From a bacterium (GTDB lineage Bacteria; Bacillota_I; Bacilli_A; RFN20; CAG-826): DNA of 64,000 nt. The stretch lies in contig CAVEMS010000005.1 in the NCBI GenBank assembly GCA_963616935.1, positions 50,110 to 114,109 on the forward strand, read 5' to 3'. Shown piece by piece: positions 47,630-56,980 of this stretch (its first letter is position 1; every line of letters begins with the position of its first letter). The notes below the pieces were generated by a model. The model was given only the letters and a program-made list of their open reading frames with translations. It was not told the DNA's origin and ran no database searches. Both the position numbers and the translations under genes were made by a program.

Positions 47630-49021
47630 ATGGAATTTTTGAACTTTTGCAAAGACTGGCTATTCGGCTTTCTAGGCATCGATCTCATGATGGATGCCGT
47701 GGATAACGGCACCGCTATCCCGCTCCAAGCCTATGTTCAGCTCGTTTTCTCAAGCGTCACTTTCATTATTGGGGTTCTATGCTTCTATCGCTTCATATAC
47801 ACAGTCATCGGACTATTCGCAAAGGGAAAGAAATTCCCAGATCAAGAGAAGAAAAATAGATACGCTTTCGTTCTTTCCGCCCGTAACGAAGAGAAAGTAA
47901 TCGGCAATCTCATCGATTCGATAAGAAGCCAGGACTATCCTCAAGAATTGATAGATATATATGTCGTCGCCGACAATTGTAGCCAAAACGACAAAACAGC
48001 CGAAATAGCAAGGGAGAAGGGATGCTTCGTTTATGAGAGACACGATCCCGAGCACGCTCGAAAAGGCTATGCCCTCGACTATCTCTTTGAAGAGATGAGG
48101 AAAACAGTCGATATCGAGAAAGACTATTTCGCATATGTCTTCTTCGATTCCGATAACATCTTGGCGCCATCTTTCCTCGATAAGCTGAACTCCGCCATCG
48201 AAAGCGGTCATTTCGACGTCTGCATGGGCTATCGCAATGTCAAAAACATGTCTGAGAACTGGATAACAGCCGTTAATGGCATCAGCATGCATCGAAATGC
48301 CGTATCCGTCTCCCGCCCTCGCGCGGTTATCGGATCGAAAGCCCAGATCCTTTGCGGCACTGGTTTCGCCATCCGCTCAAACTTCCTAAAAGACGGATGG
48401 AAATACCACGACATATGCGAAGATGGCCAAGCCACGGCAGATTTGATACTAAAGGGCGCTAAATTCGGCTTTTGCGAGGAAGCGGAATATTACGACGAGC
48501 AACCCTCATCCTTGCGCATCTCCTTTAGGCAAAGGCTAAGATGGAGCAAAGGCGGACTCATCAACTGGTGGAAACACGGATACAAACTATTCTTCTCCTT
48601 CCTTAAGAAGCCTTCTTGGCAGAAATACGACTCCTATTGGGATTATTTCCCGTACGCTTTCTTCTCGTTCCTTTGGCCGTTCCTCTATCAATTAATAACC
48701 GTATCTTTGATACTCGCTACCGGCCAGAATGCCTGGAGTTCTTTCTTGAACTACGTCATTTCAACGCTCGTAGGAACCTATATCGGAGGCTTTTTCACTT
48801 CTTGCGTTGTGGTAATAAGGGAATGGAAGAGGGTACATCTAAAATGGTACGAAGCCATTTTGATGAATTTCCTTTTCCCTCTCTACGATATGTCAGGAAT
48901 ACCATTGAATATAATCTGCCTTTTCATGCGAGTGACATGGAAACCGATACCGCATAAGGTGGTTAAGGAAGCCAAAGAGCTCATTGCCATTGAAGAAGCC
49001 AAAAGCAAAAAGAAGAGATAA
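47630..49021 (+). CDS. Membrane-embedded family 2 glycosyltransferase (processive synthase-like)
   Basis: N-terminal TM helix, GT2 core (LSARNEEKVIGNLIDSI, FDSDN), Q-x-x-RW motif QRLRWSKG, and about 4 C-terminal TM helices. Confidence 0.8.
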   Translation: MEFLNFCKDWLFGFLGIDLMMDAVDNGTAIPLQAYVQLVFSSVTFIIGVLCFYRFIYTVIGLFAKGKKFPDQEKKNRYAFVLSARNEEKVIGNLIDSIRSQDYPQELIDIYVVADNCSQNDKTAEIAREKGCFVYERHDPEHARKGYALDYLFEEMRKTVDIEKDYFAYVFFDSDNILAPSFLDKLNSAIESGHFDVCMGYRNVKNMSENWITAVNGISMHRNAVSVSRPRAVIGSKAQILCGTGFAIRSNFLKDGWKYHDICEDGQATADLILKGAKFGFCEEAEYYDEQPSSLRISFRQRLRWSKGGLINWWKHGYKLFFSFLKKPSWQKYDSYWDYFPYAFFSFLWPFLYQLITVSLILATGQNAWSSFLNYVISTLVGTYIGGFFTSCVVVIREWKRVHLKWYEAILMNFLFPLYDMSGIPLNIICLFMRVTWKPIPHKVVKEAKELIAIEEAKSKKKR

Positions 49022-49099
49022 TGTCTTTTGCGGCATTTGCCTCATTCAAACGAAAAGGAAATCGAAATCGCGGCTAAACAACGTCAAAAGCTTTAAGAA

Positions 49100-49136
49100 T
49101 TAAAAAATCGGCTGGCAAATCGATCACACAGCCGAT
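49100..49136 (-). terminator. Rho-independent terminator ending the glycan operon
   Basis: On the minus strand, ATCGGCTG-14 nt loop-CAGCCGAT followed by TTTTTT, 67 nt after the fucosidase stop. Confidence 0.55.
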
Positions 49137-49202
49137 AAAGGGATATAGACGCCGTTTTGATATAGCCGCATCAAGCGGGGTAATCCAAAACACGCATTTA
49201 AA

Positions 49203-50438
49203 TTATTTCAAACGGAATTTGGCGATGCGGGCGCCCATGCTCGTTCCATAGCCGTAAGGATAGACGACAAAGGTTTGTTTATCCTGAAGCAAGAACTTCT
49301 CGCTTGGTTTATCGACCATGCTTCCGGAGACAATCTTCTTATCGGTCAACACATGAACTTTCTTATCGCTCAATTTGCGTTGGACATTAACGTCGGCGGC
49401 CATCGGAACGTCTTTGACGACAGCATAATAGACGCCATCCTTTTCGAACATCGCCGCGCCATCGGCTTTAAGGGAAGAGGGTTCGGCATCCAAAACGACA
49501 TAACGATTCTTCTTTAGCCATGAGCCGATTTGCTTGATGATTATCTTGTCCAAATACGGCACCGATCCATCGACTTTCGGGCCGACATTGAGCAATAAGT
49601 TGCATCCTGCTTCTCTAGTATCGATGAGTTCGTTTATCAAATAGGAATACGATTTGAAGCAATAATCGTCTTTCGTGTATCCCCAATGATCGTGGATGGA
49701 ATCACACACTTCGCCAGCCAAAGGACGAGAGGCATCGGAAGAGACTGGGAAAGCCCTCCCTCTTTCGAAGGTCACGCAGTCGATCTCTTCGGCTCCTTTT
49801 TGGCCGCAGAAATCAAGCCCGGTGTTATTGGTGATGATGGCGCGTGGCTGAAGCTTATGGATCATCTTATAAATCTCATTCGGGAAAGTTACGCCTTCTG
49901 GTAATCCCCAAGTGCCATCGAACCAGAAACCACCAACAGGACCATAATTGAGGCAAAGGAGCTCAATCGATTTCCTTAAGTATTCGAAATAGGCATCGAA
50001 ATTACCTTCTTGGAAATCCTTTTGCCACCAATCGATGACGGTATGGTAGAAAACCGGCATGAGATCATATTCGTGGCAGGCTTCGACGAATTCCTTGATG
50101 AGGTCGCGACCAGCCGGCGAATGGATGGCGTCATACTCGTTAAGGCCTTTGGTGTCATATAGCGAAAAGCCTTCGTGATGGCGAGTTGTCAAAGCGACAT
50201 ATCTGCATCCGCCTTCTTTGGCGAGCTTGCAAAGCTCCTTCGCCCAATTCTTCTTCACTTTGAAATGAGGAAGGGTTTGCGCGATGTACTCATCCATCGT
50301 AATCGGCTTTTTGATCCTTCCGCCGTTATACGCGGATTCGAAATACCATTCCCCTGCCGCCAAAGAGCTATAAAGACCGAAGTGTACAAACATGCCGTAA
50401 CCTAGTTTACGGAAATCTCTAACATATGAATAATCCAT
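49203..50438 (-). CDS. Alpha-L-fucosidase (GH29)
   Basis: GMFVHFGLYS and GGFWFDG motifs typical of GH29. Start at MDYSYV (ATG at 50438) behind an AAAGGGGA RBS. No signal peptide. Confidence 0.82.
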   Translation of the reverse strand: MDYSYVRDFRKLGYGMFVHFGLYSSLAAGEWYFESAYNGGRIKKPITMDEYIAQTLPHFKVKKNWAKELCKLAKEGGCRYVALTTRHHEGFSLYDTKGLNEYDAIHSPAGRDLIKEFVEACHEYDLMPVFYHTVIDWWQKDFQEGNFDAYFEYLRKSIELLCLNYGPVGGFWFDGTWGLPEGVTFPNEIYKMIHKLQPRAIITNNTGLDFCGQKGAEEIDCVTFERGRAFPVSSDASRPLAGEVCDSIHDHWGYTKDDYCFKSYSYLINELIDTREAGCNLLLNVGPKVDGSVPYLDKIIIKQIGSWLKKNRYVVLDAEPSSLKADGAAMFEKDGVYYAVVKDVPMAADVNVQRKLSDKKVHVLTDKKIVSGSMVDKPSEKFLLQDKQTFVVYPYGYGTSMGARIAKFRLK

Positions 50439-50472
50439 GCAAATCCCCTTTCTTTTTTCGTTATTGCGTGGT

Positions 50473-51996
50473 TTAAGACAAGACAATCAAAGCGGCTTCC
50501 CCGGCATCGAGAGTCAAAGGAACGTAATTCCCGACGACATTCGCGGAAACTCCTCTTTGAATGACCTCATAACGATAATTATCGTTGAAGTTAAGTTCAA
50601 TATTTCCCTTTTTCTCACGGGAATAATTGACGCAGTATAACGCGGTTCCGCCTTGATAATCGAAGCAACCGACGAAGCAATCGTCACCATCTATGGAGGA
50701 AAGTTCCCTCCAAGAATTTCCGCTAATCAAAGCGTCTCCTAATGACGCATCAGTCACCATGTATTTGGTGGCCGTGTCGCCATGCACCAATATGCCATCG
50801 TTCGCCGATTTCATAAGAACGTGGTCGATGGCCTTGATTTGGGTGTTGGCGCGCTTCGCGTAGTAATACCATCTCGTCAGATTGCCATCAGCACCGATAA
50901 GGCCGTTACGGTTCTCGAAATCATACGTTCCGCCTTTCTCGTAGGCGAAATATAGCGGCTGGATGAGCGGGAAATATTGGATTGCTTTGGCGCCAAAAGC
51001 CAAGGAAGTATTGACGTCGAACAATAGTTCGGCTTCATTTGGATAGGGATCAACCGATTCGATCCATTCGGCCGAATCATTCCATTGTCCGCCAGCCTGA
51101 AGCATTCTCCACAAAGCCACGCCGTATTTATTGGCGTAGCGGCGGTATGCGGCCAACTGATTGAATAAAACGCTAGTGAGCTGGCTTTCATCCGTCTTGC
51201 TGCTCGTGTATGGGTATTGAGTAACCGAAAGCATCCTAACGTGGTTGCTTGGCGCGAAATACGATTCCATGTATTCGTCATACGTAGCTGGGCTATCGAT
51301 GTTATTGGAATAGAAAGAGAACTTCCCTTCCCAATGCCCGAGCGCGTTCATATACACGTCATATCCGCGTTCTTTCACATTCGGAAGCGTGTAGAACTTA
51401 TCGACGTATTTGTTGATGTTTTCAAGCTCGTGGGTGAAAGGCTCATCGTTTGCAAGAAGACCGATGAGAGACTTTCTCTTGCCATTGTCGCTAACCTCAT
51501 CGATAAGCGTTTCCAAGTTGCTTAAGTCCATATCCTCTATCGGATATCTTTCGGTATGCGTGCCAAGCTGCCCGCGGATGTAAAAAGTATCGACGAAATA
51601 GCCGATATTGTGCTTCTCGCATAGCTCGAGCGCTTTGACGAGATTGTTATTGCTCCCTCCCGTCACCCAACGATCGACGGAATAAGCAAAGGTGTTGATG
51701 CCGCAATCTTCCAAAGCTTGGAAAATCTCTTCGGTTAGGAAGTTTGGCATAGCATGGCCATCGACGCTTCCGCCCGAAGCGTAAGGAACGTAGAATCCGC
51801 CGATTGGCATGACCTCATCCCCTCCGATCGCGTCATACGTCACGGCCGAATATTTCTCGGGTGTCCCTTTCGCCGTCGTCTTATAATCCATCCCATCTTG
51901 GTAAATGGAGCAATTCTTGCTAGAAGAACTGCATCCCATTATGGATAAACAGATCGGAAAGAGAGCCAATGCGCATATTTTTGGAAATCGTTTCAT
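50473..51996 (-). CDS. Lipoprotein, possible TIM-barrel glycoside-hydrolase-like, family unknown
   Basis: Signal peptide with a lipobox (LSIMGCSS). 507 aa. Alternating beta/alpha-like segments, but no family motif I can name. Confidence 0.5.
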   Translation of the reverse strand: MKRFPKICALALFPICLSIMGCSSSSKNCSIYQDGMDYKTTAKGTPEKYSAVTYDAIGGDEVMPIGGFYVPYASGGSVDGHAMPNFLTEEIFQALEDCGINTFAYSVDRWVTGGSNNNLVKALELCEKHNIGYFVDTFYIRGQLGTHTERYPIEDMDLSNLETLIDEVSDNGKRKSLIGLLANDEPFTHELENINKYVDKFYTLPNVKERGYDVYMNALGHWEGKFSFYSNNIDSPATYDEYMESYFAPSNHVRMLSVTQYPYTSSKTDESQLTSVLFNQLAAYRRYANKYGVALWRMLQAGGQWNDSAEWIESVDPYPNEAELLFDVNTSLAFGAKAIQYFPLIQPLYFAYEKGGTYDFENRNGLIGADGNLTRWYYYAKRANTQIKAIDHVLMKSANDGILVHGDTATKYMVTDASLGDALISGNSWRELSSIDGDDCFVGCFDYQGGTALYCVNYSREKKGNIELNFNDNYRYEVIQRGVSANVVGNYVPLTLDAGEAALIVLS

Positions 51997-52019
51997 CGTT
52001 TTCTCCTTACTAAGCCGCC

Positions 52020-53651
52020 TTATCTAAATAGCGAGACGAAATCGAGCCAAAGGGAATCGAAGAAGGCGACTAGATTATCTAGGAAATTGATATTCTTCGT
52101 CTTGACTCCCTCCCCAAGCTTATTGCCGATCAAATCGGAATCATCGGTTTTGGTCGTGTAATTGAAGTCGTTTCCGCCATCGATGCCATTAGAACGGTAG
52201 TCGACCGTCGTTTCTTGGCGGTATTTCTCGGCGTCGAGGTTCTTTATCGACCAATTGTCGATGCTGAAATTTGACGTTGAAGCGTACCCCATTCCTTTAG
52301 CAGGAACCGAGGAATCGCCTAAAGTCAGAATTCTAAGATACCCTTCAGCCGTCTCGCCCAAATCGTAATGGAAAATAGAGTCGCCGTACTCCTCGTCATC
52401 ATATTTGACATAGGCATCGAGAACCCCATCGACCAAACGAGCCTTGATCGTCGGAATCCTTTTCTCCGAAGGATCGAAGAAATTGCTCTTGAGCTCAGCG
52501 AGATGCCTAGACTTCTTGGCGGTATATAGCACGACGCGAGGATGAGCGTTAGGGACGCTGTGATCGATATCCCCGTTGATGGCGATGTTCTCGAAATGAA
52601 GCCATGTCGAATTGGTCCACGTCTGGCCAGCCGAGGACATCGGGTCCTCTATCCCCCATCCGATTCCGAAACCACTCGTTATAGGAGAGGTGATATTCCC
52701 GTTTTCGTCATATGTCGCCGTCCTTTGGAGCTGCGGCACCTCAAACTCCATTTCGAAATTCGAGTACATGTATTTGGTTGATATTTGCGACGCGGAGACG
52801 TTAGAGAAATGAAGGGCTCCGACGTCTTTATCCACGGCTAGATAGCTAGGCGTGACGGGGCTCGCATCGGAAGAACTATAGAAATAGTTGGCGTTATACG
52901 ATCCCGGTTCTTTGTCGAAGGTCTCCAAATAATCAGGCACGTTCTCCGGCGCGTTATAGGTATAGCCATAGACAACCGGGGAGGAAATACGCACCTCGTT
53001 ATCGCCTTCGCTCATAAAGCCGAAATAGCCCGTTCCGGATTCCAAAAGAGGAGCGTCTTCTAGAATCGTCTTGCCGCCGATCTTAAGAGTCATCTTCCCT
53101 TCTGTTAGGACATCGATCGCGAAAGTCGTTTTCGTTCCTTCTTTAAGGGCCGTTATTTCTTGTTTCGGTAACAAGCTCGTCTCCATATCGTCGCCATAAT
53201 GTTCGGTGACGCTAAAGAAAACGGTGTCATAAGCCTTCTCGATATCGAAGCTCAACGCGCCTTTGCTCGAATAAGCGGAGGAAACCCCCGATAACCCTGA
53301 GCAAATCCTGAAAATGCCTTGATTAGATAAAGAATCGAGGCTCAAATCGAAGGAGGCGCGGTACAAATACTTAAGCCCGGCATCGCCATAGTTGTTGATG
53401 CGCATCTTGGCGATGGCTTTGCCTTCCTTGATAACCAATGAAGAGCCATAGCCCGAAACATCTCCTGAGACACGAAGGTCGCCGGAGTTTATATAGCCGT
53501 CGACTACGCTATTGGCGCTTAAGACGTAGCGGATGGAACTGCCAGCCGAAAGAGAGGTCGCCGGAGTCGATATCATAGCGGCCGACACGCCAACCCCAAG
53601 CAAAGAGGCGGCGCCAAGAGCAAATAATATCTTCTTTTTCTTTTTATTCAT
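52020..53651 (-). CDS. Exported protein (N-terminal signal/anchor), function unknown
   Basis: A Lys-rich N-terminus plus a hydrophobic helix, with no lipobox Cys. 543 aa, beta-rich composition. Overlaps the SBP gene by 8 nt. Confidence 0.5.
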   Translation of the reverse strand: MNKKKKKILFALGAASLLGVGVSAAMISTPATSLSAGSSIRYVLSANSVVDGYINSGDLRVSGDVSGYGSSLVIKEGKAIAKMRINNYGDAGLKYLYRASFDLSLDSLSNQGIFRICSGLSGVSSAYSSKGALSFDIEKAYDTVFFSVTEHYGDDMETSLLPKQEITALKEGTKTTFAIDVLTEGKMTLKIGGKTILEDAPLLESGTGYFGFMSEGDNEVRISSPVVYGYTYNAPENVPDYLETFDKEPGSYNANYFYSSSDASPVTPSYLAVDKDVGALHFSNVSASQISTKYMYSNFEMEFEVPQLQRTATYDENGNITSPITSGFGIGWGIEDPMSSAGQTWTNSTWLHFENIAINGDIDHSVPNAHPRVVLYTAKKSRHLAELKSNFFDPSEKRIPTIKARLVDGVLDAYVKYDDEEYGDSIFHYDLGETAEGYLRILTLGDSSVPAKGMGYASTSNFSIDNWSIKNLDAEKYRQETTVDYRSNGIDGGNDFNYTTKTDDSDLIGNKLGEGVKTKNINFLDNLVAFFDSLWLDFVSLFR

Positions 53652-55128
53652 TCGTCCAAGCCTCCCATCCTTCGGCTACCACAGCCAAGAGTTCATCCCA
53701 AACCTGATTGGCGTTCTTGCGATCGGTTGGGTTCCCAGCTAAGAAGGATTGGGCGGTCTGCACGCCGGCAAACGCATTGACACCGTGGTCACGAAGGACT
53801 GGGCTTCTCGAGGTGCGAACCATCAAGCCTTCGTTTTCCGCCATTCCAAAGAGGGTCTTGGACCATTTCGAATCGTTGCTTCCATCATATAGCGAGGGGT
53901 TATCGAGCCTCACATTGGAAGGAAGATGCAAAGTGTTCATATAAGTCAAAATGGAGGAATCCTTGAAGAAATATTTCAAGAAAGCCTTGCTCGCATCGAG
54001 CGCATTCGAATAATTCGGAGCGAAGATATATTGCTCGGCGGAATTGTTATAGATGACGTTTCTCGCTTCTTTGATCCTGTTATAGTCATTCTCGGAGCAA
54101 GAATAGGAATCCTTATCATAGGCCACGCCAAGATCGATGTTCTTGATGATCTCAGAAAGCTCATCGTCCGTCATCTTCGTGTCCTCAAGCTTCTCGACGA
54201 TCGAAGAGATGACTGGCGTCTTCATCATGTTGATGTTGGCCGTTGACTTATTCTCGTTAAGGAGCCAGGAGCCATTGACCGTCAAAGCGGCTTGCCCTTG
54301 CAAATAAAGGTTCTGGACCGTCGTAAAATTGGTGCTCGTGCACTGCGAATGGGTAGTATTCGGAGTGATGATGTCTTCCATCACCTGAAGGGCCTTATAA
54401 CGACCGTCCTTTTTCTCGAAGACGGCGCGGCTTGGCGTATTGCCGGAATCGTCTTTCAAGGTCATAAGATGGTTATAGTAATAATCCAAACCATCGTATT
54501 GGGCTGCCCAGGCAGACGAAACGTAGTTCCAATAACCATTTAATCCTCCCGGCTCATTGTAGAAGAGCCATGGGGTGATTTTCTCGTTTCCTAATTCGAG
54601 GATCAACTCCGATAATTCGTCGGTTGTGCGTGGGAGATTATTCTCATCGATCAAATCGCAATTATAGACGATACCAGCGACGGTGTTGCCATAATTGAGC
54701 AAGCGGTATTTGCCATCATCAGGATCGCGCTCAGAATCCAAGAAGCCCGGATAGAACTTCTCTTTTATCGTCTTGCTCTCCCCTTCGTTCTTATAGTCGA
54801 GCACATCATCCAAAACGGCGAAGTTATCGTAATATTGGAAGGTGCCAAGGGACGAGAAATAGAGATCGTAGGCATTCGATGTGCCAAGATCCAACGTCTT
54901 GATGATAGTCGAAGCGTTCGTCGTGGTTTCCAAAACCGCCGTGTATTCGCTTTGGGAAGAGTTGAAATCGGCGACCGTTTGCTTAAGCCAATCAAGTCCC
55001 AATCCCGATTCCCAAGCGTAGATCTGAATGGTGTTCGGATCGGCGTCCTGGGTGTTTTTCCCGCACGAAGCGAGGGAAGCAATGGCGAGCAATGCCATAG
55101 CCGACGATACAAATAAGCTTTTTTTCAT
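53644..55128 (-). CDS. ABC transporter extracellular solute-binding lipoprotein (carbohydrate type)
   Basis: Lipobox LASCGK. 494 aa, a size typical of family 1 sugar-binding proteins. Lies downstream of two sugar permease genes. Confidence 0.8.
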   Translation of the reverse strand: MKKSLFVSSAMALLAIASLASCGKNTQDADPNTIQIYAWESGLGLDWLKQTVADFNSSQSEYTAVLETTTNASTIIKTLDLGTSNAYDLYFSSLGTFQYYDNFAVLDDVLDYKNEGESKTIKEKFYPGFLDSERDPDDGKYRLLNYGNTVAGIVYNCDLIDENNLPRTTDELSELILELGNEKITPWLFYNEPGGLNGYWNYVSSAWAAQYDGLDYYYNHLMTLKDDSGNTPSRAVFEKKDGRYKALQVMEDIITPNTTHSQCTSTNFTTVQNLYLQGQAALTVNGSWLLNENKSTANINMMKTPVISSIVEKLEDTKMTDDELSEIIKNIDLGVAYDKDSYSCSENDYNRIKEARNVIYNNSAEQYIFAPNYSNALDASKAFLKYFFKDSSILTYMNTLHLPSNVRLDNPSLYDGSNDSKWSKTLFGMAENEGLMVRTSRSPVLRDHGVNAFAGVQTAQSFLAGNPTDRKNANQVWDELLAVVAEGWEAWTNE

Positions 55129-55160
55129 GATTTTTTCCTCCTATATATCGGTTCTCATGA

Positions 55161-56033
55161 TTATTCTTTGATGCCGCCTATCGAAACATTCGACATCAAT
55201 GTCTTATTGCAGAAGACGAATAGCAATAGCGGCGGAAGCATCGATAATGCGCAAGCCGCATATAGCAAATCTGAACGGTTCTGATATAACGTCAAGTTCT
55301 TGAATTGATAGATCCCAACCGCCAAAGTAGGAAGTTTCGGAAGGTATATAAGCGCGGATGCATAGGAATTCCATTCAACGATCCAGCACATCAAGAATAA
55401 CGATCCGAACATCGGAAGCGCTTGAGGGAGCATCACACGGAAGAAAATCTGCCATGGATTGGCTCCATCCACTTGCGCCGCTTCGGCATAGGTCCAAGAA
55501 AGGGATTGGAAGAAGGCATAGAAGAATAAGAAGTAAATATTGAATCCACCTAGTGACGTAAGAATCATGAGATGGGTGTTCATCCAGCCGAGATTGTATA
55601 AGAGTTTATACATGCCATTCCCCGTTCCATATATCGGAAGGATCGTGACGGCCAAAACGAGGATATAGAGAATCTTATTCCCAGGGAATTTGTATTTGGC
55701 TGCGCAATAGGCGAATTGGCAGGTGACGAAGATGCATAAGAACGGACCAAGGAAGGAGAAATAAAGGCTATTGCCAATCATCCCCAAGAAACTCGTGCCA
55801 TTGGATTCGATGACTTCAAACACCTCGACGTAATTGCCTAATTGGAGGGATGAGAATCCGAATGGGTTCAAAGCGAAATCCCCGGCATTCCTGGCTCCGG
55901 AATAGAAGCACCAGAAGACGAGATAGACGTAACTAGCAGCGACCGCCAAGAAGAATATAAAAACAACAACGCGGAGAATGATCTCCGAAACCGTCAAATG
56001 GCGGCTTTTCCAATAATGAAGCAATCCTCTCAT
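55161..56033 (-). CDS. Carbohydrate ABC transporter permease (MalG-like)
   Basis: EAA loop EAAQVDGANPWQIFFRVMLPQALP and 6 TM helices. The start ATG at 56033 overlaps the upstream stop (TAATG) behind a GAGGAGG RBS. Confidence 0.85.
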   Translation of the reverse strand: MRGLLHYWKSRHLTVSEIILRVVVFIFFLAVAASYVYLVFWCFYSGARNAGDFALNPFGFSSLQLGNYVEVFEVIESNGTSFLGMIGNSLYFSFLGPFLCIFVTCQFAYCAAKYKFPGNKILYILVLAVTILPIYGTGNGMYKLLYNLGWMNTHLMILTSLGGFNIYFLFFYAFFQSLSWTYAEAAQVDGANPWQIFFRVMLPQALPMFGSLFLMCWIVEWNSYASALIYLPKLPTLAVGIYQFKNLTLYQNRSDLLYAACALSMLPPLLLFVFCNKTLMSNVSIGGIKE

Positions 56034-56980
56034 TAGAATTCCACCTCCTCTACATAACGATTCAAGAAGAAACGCGAAAGCACGGCAATCGCGCAACTAA
56101 TGATTGTGAGCACGAGCCCAAGAGCCGAGGCGCGATATAAGTTAAGGTCCATGTCGGTTCCTGCGCTTTGGACTTTCATATAAAGCCAATTGCTTACGGT
56201 CTGGGTGCCGAATTTACCACCCGTCAAAAGGAATACCGATCCGGTTGCGCCGAAGATTCCGGCGAGATTGGTGGTTATAAGCATGACGAACGTCGGCCAA
56301 ATGATCGGGATGATAATCTGGAATAACTCCCTCACCCAGCCGCATCCATCGATTCTCGCCGATTCGAGGACGGCCGTCGGAATTCTGCTAAACGCGCCAC
56401 CCCAAAGAATGAGGTTAGAAGGGATGCCAAGCCACACGACGTTAAGAAGTATCATCATATTGGAGAATGTCGAATCAGATAGCGGCGACTTAAGCACATA
56501 ATCGAGATTGAAGAGATTCGTCAATAAATTCGATAGACCCTCCGAATTCATGAGCTCGATATAGAAGAACGAAGTGACGACGCTTGAGATGATGGAAGGA
56601 AGATAGAAGAGAATTCGGAAGGCCCGATATCCTAGAATCTGTTTGTAGATAACGTAGGAAACAATAAGCCCGACGAAGAATAGCGCAATCTGAACGCCGA
56701 AGGTCAAGAAGGTGTTCTTGAAGGCGATCTGCAAATTATCGACGTCGCTCGTGCTTCCTTCCGTTATCCTTTTCCATACCCAAACGAAATTGTCTAATGT
56801 CCAGGTGAGTTGCCCGTTTTTCGGACGTTGAAAAGCCATTAGGAAGGAGTTGAAGTTAACGTAAACATAGAAGACCAAGAAAGAGACAATTGGGATAATG
56901 ATGCAATAGACGATGAAAAGATTCTCTTGCCAGGTATTCCTTTTCTTTTTCTTGATGCCGCGAAGTGCCATCTCGCTCAT
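56033..56980 (-). CDS. Carbohydrate ABC transporter permease (MalF/LplB-like)
   Basis: EAA loop ESARIDGCGWVRELFQIIIPIIWP and 6 TM helices. Confidence 0.85.
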   Translation of the reverse strand: MSEMALRGIKKKKRNTWQENLFIVYCIIIPIVSFLVFYVYVNFNSFLMAFQRPKNGQLTWTLDNFVWVWKRITEGSTSDVDNLQIAFKNTFLTFGVQIALFFVGLIVSYVIYKQILGYRAFRILFYLPSIISSVVTSFFYIELMNSEGLSNLLTNLFNLDYVLKSPLSDSTFSNMMILLNVVWLGIPSNLILWGGAFSRIPTAVLESARIDGCGWVRELFQIIIPIIWPTFVMLITTNLAGIFGATGSVFLLTGGKFGTQTVSNWLYMKVQSAGTDMDLNLYRASALGLVLTIISCAIAVLSRFFLNRYVEEVEF

